A stretch of DNA of 64,000 nucleotides from Candidatus Eiseniibacteriota bacterium. Lineage in GTDB: Bacteria > Eisenbacteria > RBG-16-71-46. The notes below the pieces were generated by a model that worked only from the letters and a program-made list of their open reading frames with translations, did no database searches and was not told the origin of the DNA. Shown here one piece after another: positions 1-9,300 of this stretch (its first letter is position 1; each line of letters begins with the position of its first letter). The stretch is from assembly GCA_963717505.1 (NCBI GenBank), contig OY970342.1, positions 2,912,001 through 2,976,000 of the forward strand. Reading direction: 5' to 3'. The translations under genes were made by a program, and so were the position numbers.

Positions 1-105
1 AGGAGTGGCGAGCAACAGCCAAAGGATCATGGTAATGATCAAGGCAACGCTCACTTTGCAGTCGCCGGGTTCCATCGGGAACGACGAGGGATTGAAGGAT
101 CCCAT
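1..105 (-). CDS. 5' part of a probable exported protein, truncated by the window edge
   Basis: Manual translation from ATG at 105: MGSFNPSSFPMEPGDCKVSVALIITMILWLLLATP, with a hydrophobic signal-like stretch and no stop before base 1. Confidence 0.4.
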   Translation of the reverse strand, partial: MGSFNPSSFPMEPGDCKVSVALIITMILWLLLATP

Positions 106-160
106 CTAAACGTACGTCGGGAGTGTGCGCTTCCCGCGAGCCTGAAACCAGCGTGATTGA

Positions 161-245
161 TGGCGTCCCCAACGGTCGTTACTTCGACCGGCTGGTCGCC
201 TGGCGCGGGGAGATGGACGGACTCCGGCAGGTGCTGGCAGCGTGA
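161..245 (+). repeat. att-like repeat copy 1: tRNA-Glu 3'-end core plus conserved tail
   Basis: tggcgtccccaacgg (161-175) is identical to 16849-16863. The following ~70 bp align with 1985-2055 (gagatggac..ctccggcaggtgct.gc.gcg-stop). Confidence 0.85.
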
Positions 246-267
246 GGTTTCTCGACCTCCGAAGTCC

Positions 268-888
268 CTAGTGAAACACGTTTCGATTTACGAGCAACAG
301 GTCCTCCGACCAGTCGTCCTCGCTGGATGCGATGTTCGACCAGATTCGCAGATAGAGGAAGGCCTTGCCGCCCTTCTCCGGTTCGTAGTCTGTCTTCTCG
401 ATCCCGATCACGAGCGGATCCTCACCCAATTCAGGGATCTGGCGTAGCAAGTCGGCGCGTCCCGCCAACTCGACCCGCCCATCCTCGAAAACTTCCCAGA
501 CGCCAGTGGAGTCGATGGTGAACGTCCGTATCAGGTCCTCTGAGAACGGAAGGTGGACCGCATTCAGTGTCAGGTACCCGCTGAGGTCGAAGGGAGGCAA
601 CGTCTCCGACTTCTGCGTCCGAGCCCCGGTCATGGCATTCTCCGAGTAGGCGACGTCGCGAAGTGGAATCTGCTCCACAACGCTAAGATCGGACTTCCGC
701 ACCTTCTCGAGTCGGAGCGTTCGCCTGTGCGAGTAGTAGGAGGGCGGATACTCGCTGATGGTCACGTACCGGAAGAAGTGGTCGGCGTTCTCTCCGAGGA
801 GCGTCTGCCGCCGCCACGTTCCAGATCCGGGCGTGGCCGCAGCATCCGCTGCGATCAAGATGCTGATTGCGATGACGAGATACCTCAC
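268..888 (-). CDS. Hypothetical exported protein
   Basis: ORF 268..915. A GTG start at 888 gives signal-like MRYLVIAISILIAADAAA. No recognisable domain. Confidence 0.7.
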   Translation of the reverse strand: MRYLVIAISILIAADAAATPGSGTWRRQTLLGENADHFFRYVTISEYPPSYYSHRRTLRLEKVRKSDLSVVEQIPLRDVAYSENAMTGARTQKSETLPPFDLSGYLTLNAVHLPFSEDLIRTFTIDSTGVWEVFEDGRVELAGRADLLRQIPELGEDPLVIGIEKTDYEPEKGGKAFLYLRIWSNIASSEDDWSEDLLLVNRNVFH

Positions 889-998
889 GGGCTGGTTATC
901 GGCAGCGCAAGGCATTCGCAGGAGACGAACCAGAGCCGCTTTCGAGGGGATGCGCTAGCGCTGATATCAGGCCCGGTGGAGGTGGTAGCCTGCGGTTC

Positions 999-1910
999 AT
1001 GAATCAGTTGCGAGTGTTGCTGACGGTGCTGGTTACGTTAGTGGTGCTCCCTACAGGCGCCGGGGCCTCGGCAGAGTCGCAAGTCGAATCGCTGTGGAGG
1101 GGCGTTTTCGAGGGCGACTCACTGTTCGTCCGCGCTGCCTGGATTCCGACAGTCGGTTCCGCGTCGTGCTATCAGAACGAAACCGGCGGCGCCGATACGA
1201 GTGAAGTGCGCCGGAAGTACGTCGAATACAGCATCGAGGACCTTCGCGGGAATGTCTGGCACCGCGGCGTGCTCTCAGAACCGGAGTCCCAGCAGTTCTG
1301 CTGCGATGAGGTATCCGCCGAGGTGGCCCCCTGGCCAGACAGATTGATCGTTAAGCTGACCACTCTCGGCTGGTACTGCGAACCTGCGGGGAACTGCCTG
1401 GCGTCGCGATTCATCCATGTCGCTGGCCCGGACTCGGTGGCAGAGAGCGCTTGGAGCGCTTGGGATGAAATCCCCTGGAACCCCGCGAGAGGCAGTTACT
1501 TCGACGCATGGGTGATCGAAGGGTGCTTTCAGTACCCGATGCGGCTGGAGGCCCGGTTGCAGGGCCACGCTCTCGAATTCAAGCCGACGTTTCCGCCTGG
1601 CGTGACGGAAGGCGATTTGCTCGAGAAGGAAGTCTACAAGGGCGAGGAGTTCGCGTACTGCCTACGGCCATTCAGCCCGACGAAGCCCACGTCGGTCGCC
1701 TGGTATCTGAAGTCAGACTCGAAGTCACCCGAGCGACTGATCATCCAACCGGGCGAGTCGATCGAGATCGTGTCGGCCGTGGTTCGAGCGGAGCGATCTG
1801 AAGGTGGGGAGCTTGCGCCCAAGATCGTCCAAGTAGGTGTCCGAGTGGCGGGCAGGCAAGGCTTCCTGACGCGGGTCGACTTGAAGGCTCTGGGCTTCAT
1901 CGGACTCTGA
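999..1910 (+). CDS. Hypothetical exported protein, Cys-containing
   Basis: 303-aa ORF with Sec-type signal (MNQLRVLLTVLVTLVVLPTGAGASA). No family recognised. Confidence 0.75.
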   Translation: MNQLRVLLTVLVTLVVLPTGAGASAESQVESLWRGVFEGDSLFVRAAWIPTVGSASCYQNETGGADTSEVRRKYVEYSIEDLRGNVWHRGVLSEPESQQFCCDEVSAEVAPWPDRLIVKLTTLGWYCEPAGNCLASRFIHVAGPDSVAESAWSAWDEIPWNPARGSYFDAWVIEGCFQYPMRLEARLQGHALEFKPTFPPGVTEGDLLEKEVYKGEEFAYCLRPFSPTKPTSVAWYLKSDSKSPERLIIQPGESIEIVSAVVRAERSEGGELAPKIVQVGVRVAGRQGFLTRVDLKALGFIGL

Positions 1911-1969
1911 ACGTTCGGTGTCCGTCGACCAAGAAGGCTTGCCGTCACTGAGCCAGAGCTCAGGAATAC

Positions 1970-2055
1970 TGGCGTCCCCAACGGGCGTGGATTCGAACTC
2001 GCTGATGGGCTGGCTCCGTGAGATGGACGCGCTCCGGCAGGTGCTCGCTGCGTAG
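1970..2055 (+). repeat. att-like repeat copy 2: tRNA-Glu 3'-end core plus conserved tail
   Basis: tggcgtccccaacggg is identical to 16849-16864. Frame from 1969 reads LASPTGVDSNSLMGWLREMDALRQVLAA-stop. Confidence 0.85.
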
Positions 2056-2168
2056 AGCCGAGTTCAGTACCGAACCCGTAGAGCGCCGTCCGTGCGATCA
2101 TGTACGATAGGTTGCCTTCGGGCAGCCTCAGAAATCGACTCTGCCTCCTGCGAATGGAGTCGTTCACT

Positions 2169-3119
2169 ATGCTCCGCACCCTGTTGCGCTGCGTCCTGCT
2201 CGCGCTCGTCGCGTCGTTGGGCGCGCGGCATGCACAAGCTCAAGCCCCAACGTTTCTGCTGCAGTGGGGCACCTCGGGAACTGGCGATGGACAGTTTCAG
2301 TCACCCTTCGGGATCGCCGTGGATCCGACCGGCTGCGTTTACGTTTGTGACCAGTACAACAATCGCATTCAGAAGTTCAGCCCAGACGGAGCATTTATCA
2401 CGAAGTGGGGCACGTACGGGCTCGACCCAGGGCAATTCAACATCCCACATTCCATTGGAGTTGACGCAATGGGGCACGTCGCAGTCGTCGACGTCGCTGA
2501 TCGGATTCAGGTTTTTACCTCCGACGGTGTTCTTATGCATTCGTGGGTGCAGCCCGACCATGCGTCTCCGACGATTCGGGATGTGACCGTTGACGCGATG
2601 GGTGTGATCTACATAGCCGACTATCAGGCCGAACGGATCGAGAAGTACAGTCTCGCGGGTGACTTTCTCGGGTCGGTAGGAGACGGCATCGATATTCCGC
2701 CGGGGAGCGTCGCACTCGATCCCATGGGCAACATATACGTGGGCCGGTACGGAAAGATTCGCCAGATCGTTAAGTTCAGTTCAGATGGTGGACAGCTGAC
2801 GAGCTTCGGGCAGGAGGGAGATGGCGACGGGCAGTTCCAGTCGCCGGTCGGGTTGGCGGCGAGCGACGATCTGGCCTACGTGGTCGACTACCAGAATTAC
2901 CGCGTGTTGTTCTTCACGAGCACAGGCGAGTTCCTGGGCAAATGGGGAAGCCCGGGCGCGGGTCCCGGTGAATTCGAGCAGCCGGTTCGCACCGCGCTGG
3001 CGAGCGACGGCGCGGTGTACGTCGTCGATCTACTCAACAACCGAATTCAGAAGTTCGCCCATGTTGTGACCCCTGTTCTTCGCCGGTCGTGGGGAGCGTT
3101 GAAAGCTCAGTATCGGTAG
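2169..3119 (+). CDS. Exported NHL-repeat (6-bladed beta-propeller) protein with C-terminal WGxxKxxYR motif
   Basis: Signal peptide ending AQA; repeats of GxGxGQFxxPxGIAVD..VYVxDxxNxRIQKF; ends VTPVLRRSWGALKAQYR. The ORF is open from 2100; start 2169 chosen from the signal peptide. Confidence 0.9.
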   Translation: MLRTLLRCVLLALVASLGARHAQAQAPTFLLQWGTSGTGDGQFQSPFGIAVDPTGCVYVCDQYNNRIQKFSPDGAFITKWGTYGLDPGQFNIPHSIGVDAMGHVAVVDVADRIQVFTSDGVLMHSWVQPDHASPTIRDVTVDAMGVIYIADYQAERIEKYSLAGDFLGSVGDGIDIPPGSVALDPMGNIYVGRYGKIRQIVKFSSDGGQLTSFGQEGDGDGQFQSPVGLAASDDLAYVVDYQNYRVLFFTSTGEFLGKWGSPGAGPGEFEQPVRTALASDGAVYVVDLLNNRIQKFAHVVTPVLRRSWGALKAQYR

Positions 3120-3247
3120 CGAGACCCGTCGATGTGAAAGTCGCGTCGTCGCTCCCGCGCTCGCCGGATTCGAGAACCAGAACCGACCGCGCAACCCGCT
3201 GTGGGTCCGCGAAACGCCCGCAAGTGCCAGGGCCACAATGGCGGAAC

Positions 3248-3270
3248 TGGCGTCCCCAACGGGATTCGAA
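3248..3270 (+). repeat. attR-like exact duplication of the tRNA-Glu 3' end (23 bp)
   Basis: tggcgtccccaacgggattcgaa is identical to 16849-16871. Confidence 0.92.
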
Positions 3271-3384
3271 TCGGAGGACCGCACGAAAGCACCGAATCCC
3301 ACGAGCGAGCAAACGAACGACGACAACGAGTTGCGGCCGATCGCTGAGGACGATAGTGGTCGATAGTTAGCTTTGCTGCTCGAT

Positions 3385-3409
3385 AGTTCCCGCACAGTTC
3401 CCGCACAGT
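3385..3409 (+). repeat. Tandem 11-bp direct repeat (agttcccgcac x2), possible integrase arm-type sites
   Basis: Copies at 3385-3395 and 3396-3406, ~115 bp inside the att core. cgatagt also occurs at 3351, 3361 and 3381. Confidence 0.6.
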
Positions 3410-3640
3410 GTCCGCCGCAGAAGCCCCAGGTCCGCTACCTGCCCACCCGGCGACTGGGACTCGTGAGAGGCGGCTCCCCTTGGGCGTGAGAGGCTCCAGC
3501 GTGCCAGCCTGCCGGACGGTCGGATGGGGCCCCATTTCCTTTGCCAGGAGTCCCGTTCCAGAAAACTCAAGGAACGAGGGCGGCGAGCGTCGCCAGTGCC
3601 TCCGCGTTCACGTCGTAGGGGTTCTCTTTGCTCTCGTTGC

Positions 3641-4180
3641 TCATTGCTCGCCCGCCAGTGGCGGCTCGCCCGACGAGCCGGGGTAGCTTTGGCCCCCAAA
3701 AATAACCGCGGTGTAGTTCACGTGGCCGTCGTAGTCGCTGAGTGCGGCCATCGGAATGCGGATGTGAACCCACTGCGCCGGGGTCGGCCATCGGTACGGC
3801 CCCAGGCGCGTGTATCCCACAAACGCCCAATCGCTCAAGCGATAGACGTAGTAGCCGCTGCGCCACGCGTTCTGGGTGATGTAGAACTCCCAGCCGTCAT
3901 GGTTGCCGGTGGCGGGGTTGGAGTCAGCGTCGATGCCGATGCTGAGCCCCAGCTCGCGCACGTCCATGATGTGGTGCCCATCGAACAGCGCGCTGAAATA
4001 CAGATAGCCTCCGCGCGCAACCATCTCGTGCTGCAGGATGACCGGCACCGCGAGCGGTAGCTCGGGGTGGTCGGGGTTCGCGGGGAGCGCCGCGAGGCGC
4101 CCCCCGTGCTCGAGGTCGGGCGAAGTGATGCGGCAGCCGCACAGCGCGGCGGCCACGAGCAGCGTAGCGAGTCTGTTCAT
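3641..4180 (-). CDS. Hypothetical lipoprotein
   Basis: MNRLATLLVAAALCGC lipobox-like signal; IGIDADSNPATG motif reminiscent of Ca-binding beta-sandwich proteins. Confidence 0.75.
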   Translation of the reverse strand: MNRLATLLVAAALCGCRITSPDLEHGGRLAALPANPDHPELPLAVPVILQHEMVARGGYLYFSALFDGHHIMDVRELGLSIGIDADSNPATGNHDGWEFYITQNAWRSGYYVYRLSDWAFVGYTRLGPYRWPTPAQWVHIRIPMAALSDYDGHVNYTAVIFGGQSYPGSSGEPPLAGEQ

Positions 4181-4413
4181 GGAGTGTGTCCCAGCGCGGG
4201 ATTAGTAGTGAATCCTGGCGGACAATAGCGGTTGATGAACGTTTCTGCGATGTCGCGTTCCTCGTCGGTCGGCACCCCCCGAAGAACCTGTCCGGAATTC
4301 GACAGTTGTCCCGGCTTCGGGGCGCCGCCGCCTACGGTTCCGCGGGAGGCAAGGCCGAAACGGCCAATGGAAGGTACGTATTGTGCCGTCCCGTCGGAAT
4401 GAGAGTGCCTCAT

Positions 4414-4460
4414 TGCGGCGTTTCGGTGGCGAATGTCGAGCGCCAGAGAAAAACGCCGCA
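4414..4460 (-). terminator. Stem-loop downstream of the FG-GAP gene
   Basis: Outer arms tgcggcgttt / aaacgccgca, inner arms tggcg / cgcca, ~30 bp after the stop at 4489. No clear U-tract. Confidence 0.35.
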
Positions 4461-4488
4461 GGATAGACCCTTCCCTTCCTCAGCGGGT

Positions 4489-6108
4489 CTACCGGGCGAC
4501 CACGATCTTGAGACGCTCGTCGTGGCCTGCCCACCGCGCGAGCAGAAAGTAGAGTCCGTTCGGCACCGGCCGGCCGCCATCGTCGCACCCGTTCCAATCC
4601 GTCGACTGATGTCCGGCCGCGAAAGCGCCAGGCGCCAAAGTCCGCAACCTGCGGCCCGTGAGGTCGTAGATCTCGAGCACAGCTTCGTCGGCGCTCCCTT
4701 CGAGCCCTCTGGCTGTCGCCAACGTCACCGCCAACTTCTCACCGCGGCACGGCAGCGGCCACGCCGCCAGCGATCGGGTCGGAAGGTGCGGGACCTCCAC
4801 GGACGCCACCTGATCCTTTCCGACAAACAGGTATGCCTGGCCGGCGGCCGCGCCGCCAGCGTTGTTGATGGGCCCGCCGAGAAGCAGGTCGTCGACCTCG
4901 TCGCCGTTCACGTCTCCGGCCCCAGCGACGGCCGTGCCGAGCATCTCACGTAGGGATCCGATCACGATGAGATCTGCAACAGCATCGACTCCAGGGCCAC
5001 CGTGGTAGACACGGACGCTCCCGGCGCCCGCCGCGTCACCGGGCGCTCCGATGACCATGTCGGCGAACCCGTCGCCGTTCACGTCTCCAGCGCCAGCGAT
5101 GCTACCGCCTCCCGTCAGCGTCAGATCGGCGACTTCATCAGCTTCGGGCCCACCGTAGTAGAGGAACGCGTTGCCGCCGCCGACGAGAAGATCGTCGTAC
5201 CCATCGCCGTTAACATCACCAGCACCAGCGACGGCCTGTCCGAAGACATAGGCCCCGACTTCATCGAGAACGAGGTCGGCGATCGCATCGGCCGCCGACC
5301 CGCCGTAGAAGACGTAGGCTCGATCGCTGCCAGGCCCGTTCTCGGGGGGGGCGCCAACGATCACATCGTCGTAGCCATCGCCATTCACGTCCCCTGCTCC
5401 CGCAGTGGACCTCCCGAAGTTGTCGCCCGCCTGTTCTCCCGACAGGACGAGATCCGCCGTATCGTCCATCGGGTTCCCACCATGAAAGAGGTAGGCCTGA
5501 CCGGCGTCGGTGCCGCCGGCGTCGTTCCGATAGGCACCAACGATCAGATCCGCGAAGCCATCACCATTGAAGTCTCCTGCTCCTGCGACCGAGTATCCGA
5601 ACCAGTCGGTGTCGCCGATGCCGGTCAATGTGAGATCGGCAATCGCATCCGCTGCAGGTCCTCCTAAGAAGACGTACGCCCTCCCGACATTGGTGCCCCC
5701 GGCCCCGTCATTGTTGGGAGCACCGACGATCAGGTCGGCGAATCCATCGCTGTTCACGTCCGCGCTCGCCACTGAATAGCCAAAGGCCGAACGATCGGGT
5801 CCGGTGAGGGTGAGATCGGCAGTGGCATCGGCGCTAGGCCCCCCGAAGTAGAGATCGACGCTTCCGGCCTCGGGCCCACCGGCATCGTTGCCGAATGCGC
5901 CGATGATCAGATCGGCGAATCCATCGCCGTTTACGTCACCTGCACCCACAGCGGAGCCGAACCAGTCGCCCGGCGCAGTGCCAGTGAAAGTGAGATGGGC
6001 ACCGTGGACGGTCGGAGGCCCGGGTAGCGCCGAGAACGCCGTTGAGGCGAGCACCGAGACGGCGACCGCAATGATGAGGAAAGCGAGAACCGCTGACGAC
6101 TTTGGCAT
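4489..6108 (-). CDS. Secreted FG-GAP (integrin-alpha-like) repeat protein with C-terminal FlgD-Ig/T9SS-type domain
   Basis: About 7 repeats FGxxVAGAGDVNGDGFADLIVGA; tail IYDLTGRRLRTL..WNGCDDGGRPVPNGLYF; signal peptide. Confidence 0.92.
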   Translation of the reverse strand: MPKSSAVLAFLIIAVAVSVLASTAFSALPGPPTVHGAHLTFTGTAPGDWFGSAVGAGDVNGDGFADLIIGAFGNDAGGPEAGSVDLYFGGPSADATADLTLTGPDRSAFGYSVASADVNSDGFADLIVGAPNNDGAGGTNVGRAYVFLGGPAADAIADLTLTGIGDTDWFGYSVAGAGDFNGDGFADLIVGAYRNDAGGTDAGQAYLFHGGNPMDDTADLVLSGEQAGDNFGRSTAGAGDVNGDGYDDVIVGAPPENGPGSDRAYVFYGGSAADAIADLVLDEVGAYVFGQAVAGAGDVNGDGYDDLLVGGGNAFLYYGGPEADEVADLTLTGGGSIAGAGDVNGDGFADMVIGAPGDAAGAGSVRVYHGGPGVDAVADLIVIGSLREMLGTAVAGAGDVNGDEVDDLLLGGPINNAGGAAAGQAYLFVGKDQVASVEVPHLPTRSLAAWPLPCRGEKLAVTLATARGLEGSADEAVLEIYDLTGRRLRTLAPGAFAAGHQSTDWNGCDDGGRPVPNGLYFLLARWAGHDERLKIVVAR

Positions 6109-6385
6109 CGTGCTTCTCCCCGTCTTGGTCGCTGCGAACGGCCTGCATCACCAGGCCAGCCCTGAGATTCGAACGGATCGACGAGTCGATGGGACTCGGC
6201 CTGGTTATCGGCCGAGCCGACGCCGACCTCGAAATGTTGTTCCCGGAAACCGGCTCGAGGTGCACGACGATCGTGCCACTCGGCATTGTCCCCGCATGGC
6301 GATCGCTTGACAGGCCGAATGCATAGGCGTTGACTCGGGTGCCACTCAGGACTGGGGCAGCAAGGCCCCGCGACAAGGAGGTCGC

Positions 6386-9300
6386 ATGCCCACGATGCCC
6401 ATATCGTGCTTCCGCCCGTCATGGACGACGGTCACAGCCACCGCCACTTCCCTGCTGGTGGCCCTCACTCTGGGACTGTTCACGCCTCCTGCGCCGTCTA
6501 GTGCCCAGGAACTGAACCCGGAGTTCCCCGTTACCGACGGCACTGTCTGGGCCATGACTGTGTTGGACAGCACGCTCTTCATTGGGGGTTCATTTACGTA
6601 CGTGGGCCGAAATACAGGCGGGTTTGTCGGTGTTGATTCCGCATCGGGCGAAGTGGCTGCGGGATCGGTCCGTGTCGATGGGCACGTGTACGCCAGTGCT
6701 CCAGATGGGCAAGGCGGTCACTATCTGGGTGGCTCGTTTAGGAGTATTTCCGGAGTCCCTAGGGATCGGCTAGCACATGTTCGATCCGATGGAACGCTAG
6801 GCGATTGGAACCCTGGAGCAGACGGCAATGTACGGGCCCTGGCGGTGACCGGTTCGACTGTCTATGTCGGTGGCTCCTTCACGACTATTGGAGGGCAGCA
6901 ACGGAACCGCATTGCTGCTCTCGACGCCACCACCGGGTTGGCCACGAGCTGGAATCCAGGGGCCAACGGAACAGTGAACACAGTCGCGGCGAGTGGGCCG
7001 ACCCTTTACGTCGGCGGAGCATTTAGTAACGCGGCCGGCGTAACGCGAAACAACCTGGCGGCGATTGATGTGGTGACAGGTGCTGCGACTATCTGGAACC
7101 CAGGCGCGAACCAACCTGTATCGGTTTTGGCTGTGAGGGGGCCCACGGTCTACGCGGGGGGGGCCTTCACAAGTATTGGTGGACAGTCACGAGACCGCGT
7201 CGCCGCACTCAATACAGTAGGCGGTCAGGCCAGGAGCTGGAATCCTGGTGCGAGTGGCCTCGTAGCCGCGCTGGGGTTTCGGGGATCACTAGTTTACGTG
7301 GGCGGCAGCTTCTATAACATCGGAAGCCAGGCCCGGCAATCACTAGCTGAGATCGACTCGGTGAGCGGTCTGGCCACATCGTGGAATCCCGCCATCGAAA
7401 GCGGCTCTCTCCCTGGAGTAGTGGGAGCCATCTTAGTTAGTGAGGCATCGGTCTACGTTGGCGGAGCATTTACCAGCGCGGGTGGGCAGGGGCGCTTGAA
7501 CGTGGCTGAGATAGACGCCGCGACGGGCCTTGCCACGAGCTGGAGCCCGCACACCAGTGGTCAGGTGAACACCATTTCCTGGAGCGGGTCAACAGTCTAT
7601 GTCGGTGGAATCTTCACAAGCATTGGTGGAGTCAAACGTAACCGTCTCGCCGCAATTGACATCACGACCGGCTTCACGACTGGATGGGACCCTGGAGCGA
7701 ACTACAACGTCATGGCATTAGAAGGGAAGGGCTCGACAATCTACGTCGGTGGCTACTTCACCGGCATAGCCTCAGAGTCGCGAAGCAACATCGCCGCTCT
7801 CGACGCCTCCACTGGGCTGGCCACAAATTGGAGCCCTGAGGCAAGCGGACCCGTCTACACCATCGCTCTCAGGGGTTCGACGGTCTATGTCGGTGGCGAC
7901 TTCACCAGTATTGGTGGGCAGTCACGAAATCGCATTGCAGCAATCGACTCTGCCACCGGTCTGCCTACGAGTTGGGACCCCGGAGCAAACGGAGACGTGC
8001 GGACTATTGCGATGGGTGACTCGACTGTCTATGCAGGCGGCTTCTTCACCAGCATAGGAGGAGAGCCACGAAGCAGGATTGCCGAGCTTGACGCCACCAC
8101 CGGGTTGGCTACGAGTTGGAACCCAGCCGCTGGTGGGGAGTGGTTCACCGTGCAGACCCTCGCGTTGAGCGGCCCGACGGTCTATGTCGGCGGCATCTTC
8201 ACGAGCATGGGTGGGCAGCCGCGATCCAACCTCGCCGCCATCGATGCCACTACAGGCCTGGCCAACAACTGGAATCCCCAGGCGGATGGCATGGTCTACG
8301 TTCTGAAAGTTGCTGGACCGACGGTCTATTCGGGTGGGTCCTTCTCTACGATCGGCGGACAACAGCGCAACGGCCTCGCCGCACTTGTTGGCACCACTGG
8401 ACTGGCTACGAGCTGGTCAGCAGACGCAGATAGTTTCGTGTCCATCCTTGCTGTGACCGATGATGCGGTCTACGCCGGTGGCTCATTCAATTCAATCGAC
8501 GGCAGAAGCAGGCCCAACTTGGCGCAATTTCTTGGACCGACACCCATACCAGTTCCGAGGGCTGTTGTTTCGGACATCCAAATTGCAGAAGGCGATGTGG
8601 GGGCGGCCCAACTACTCTTCACCGTGACGTTGTCAGAACCGTTCGACCAGCCGGTGACTGTGGACTTCAGCACTGTCGACGGTTCAGCTACAGCTGCGGA
8701 CGACTACGTAGCGATCTCGGGGACGCTCACAATCCCTCCTCACGAACCAAGTGGGGTAATCTCAGTGAGCGTTGTTGGCGATGGCGTGTACGAGCCGGAT
8801 GAAACACTCTTACTCAGCCTGAGCAACCCCACAAACGCCGAAATTGGCGATTTCCAAGCCGTAGGCACGATCATTAACGATGATCCGATTCCGACGATTG
8901 CCGCCGTCGCCCCCGTCGAAACCCTTTCTCCGACCACGCCATCCCTAGCCATCCCGGTGACGATTGCCCGCGGGGACCCTTCGGTGATTCTCGGGTACTC
9001 GGTGCGGCTGCATCTCACCGATCTGACGATTACTGGCGGCGGGATCGCTGGGTTTGTCGAGGGAACATTCCTTCAAGCTGGCAATCCTCTAACGAGCTTT
9101 CAGGTGGTCGACAACGGTGGTGGATCGTACACGGTGGACAACGTGACGCTGGGCATGCCTTGCGGATCGACCGCAACAACCGGAACCCTGTTCAGTGTTG
9201 CTGTTGGAAATGGCACGCTGGCTGGCTTCGGTTCCGTGACGATCGACCAGGCGACCGTCTACGACTGCAACAATGCTGCCTCATCGTTCGCCATCGGGCC

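Noticed and set aside
892-903. 12-bp match ctggttatcggc shared with 6201-6212, upstream of two minus-strand genes
   Set aside because: Distances to the start codons are very different, and one 12-mer match in 64 kb is expected by chance.
161-3270. CRISPR array or additional tRNA genes
   Set aside because: Spacing is 1.3-1.8 kb, copies contain only the tRNA 3' end, and there are no cas genes.
4489-4760. FlgD-like domains as flagellar genes
   Set aside because: They occur only as C-terminal appendages on secreted proteins; no flagellar genes are present.
6307-6335. sigma70 promoter for the 1579-aa gene (TTGACA-N17-TTGACT)
   Set aside because: Perfect -35 but poor -10; not enough to call.
6540-8530. 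Nucleotide repeats as a DGR template/variable pair or other repeat element
   Set aside because: Explained by protein propeller repeats; no reverse transcriptase, and no adenine-specific pattern noticed.
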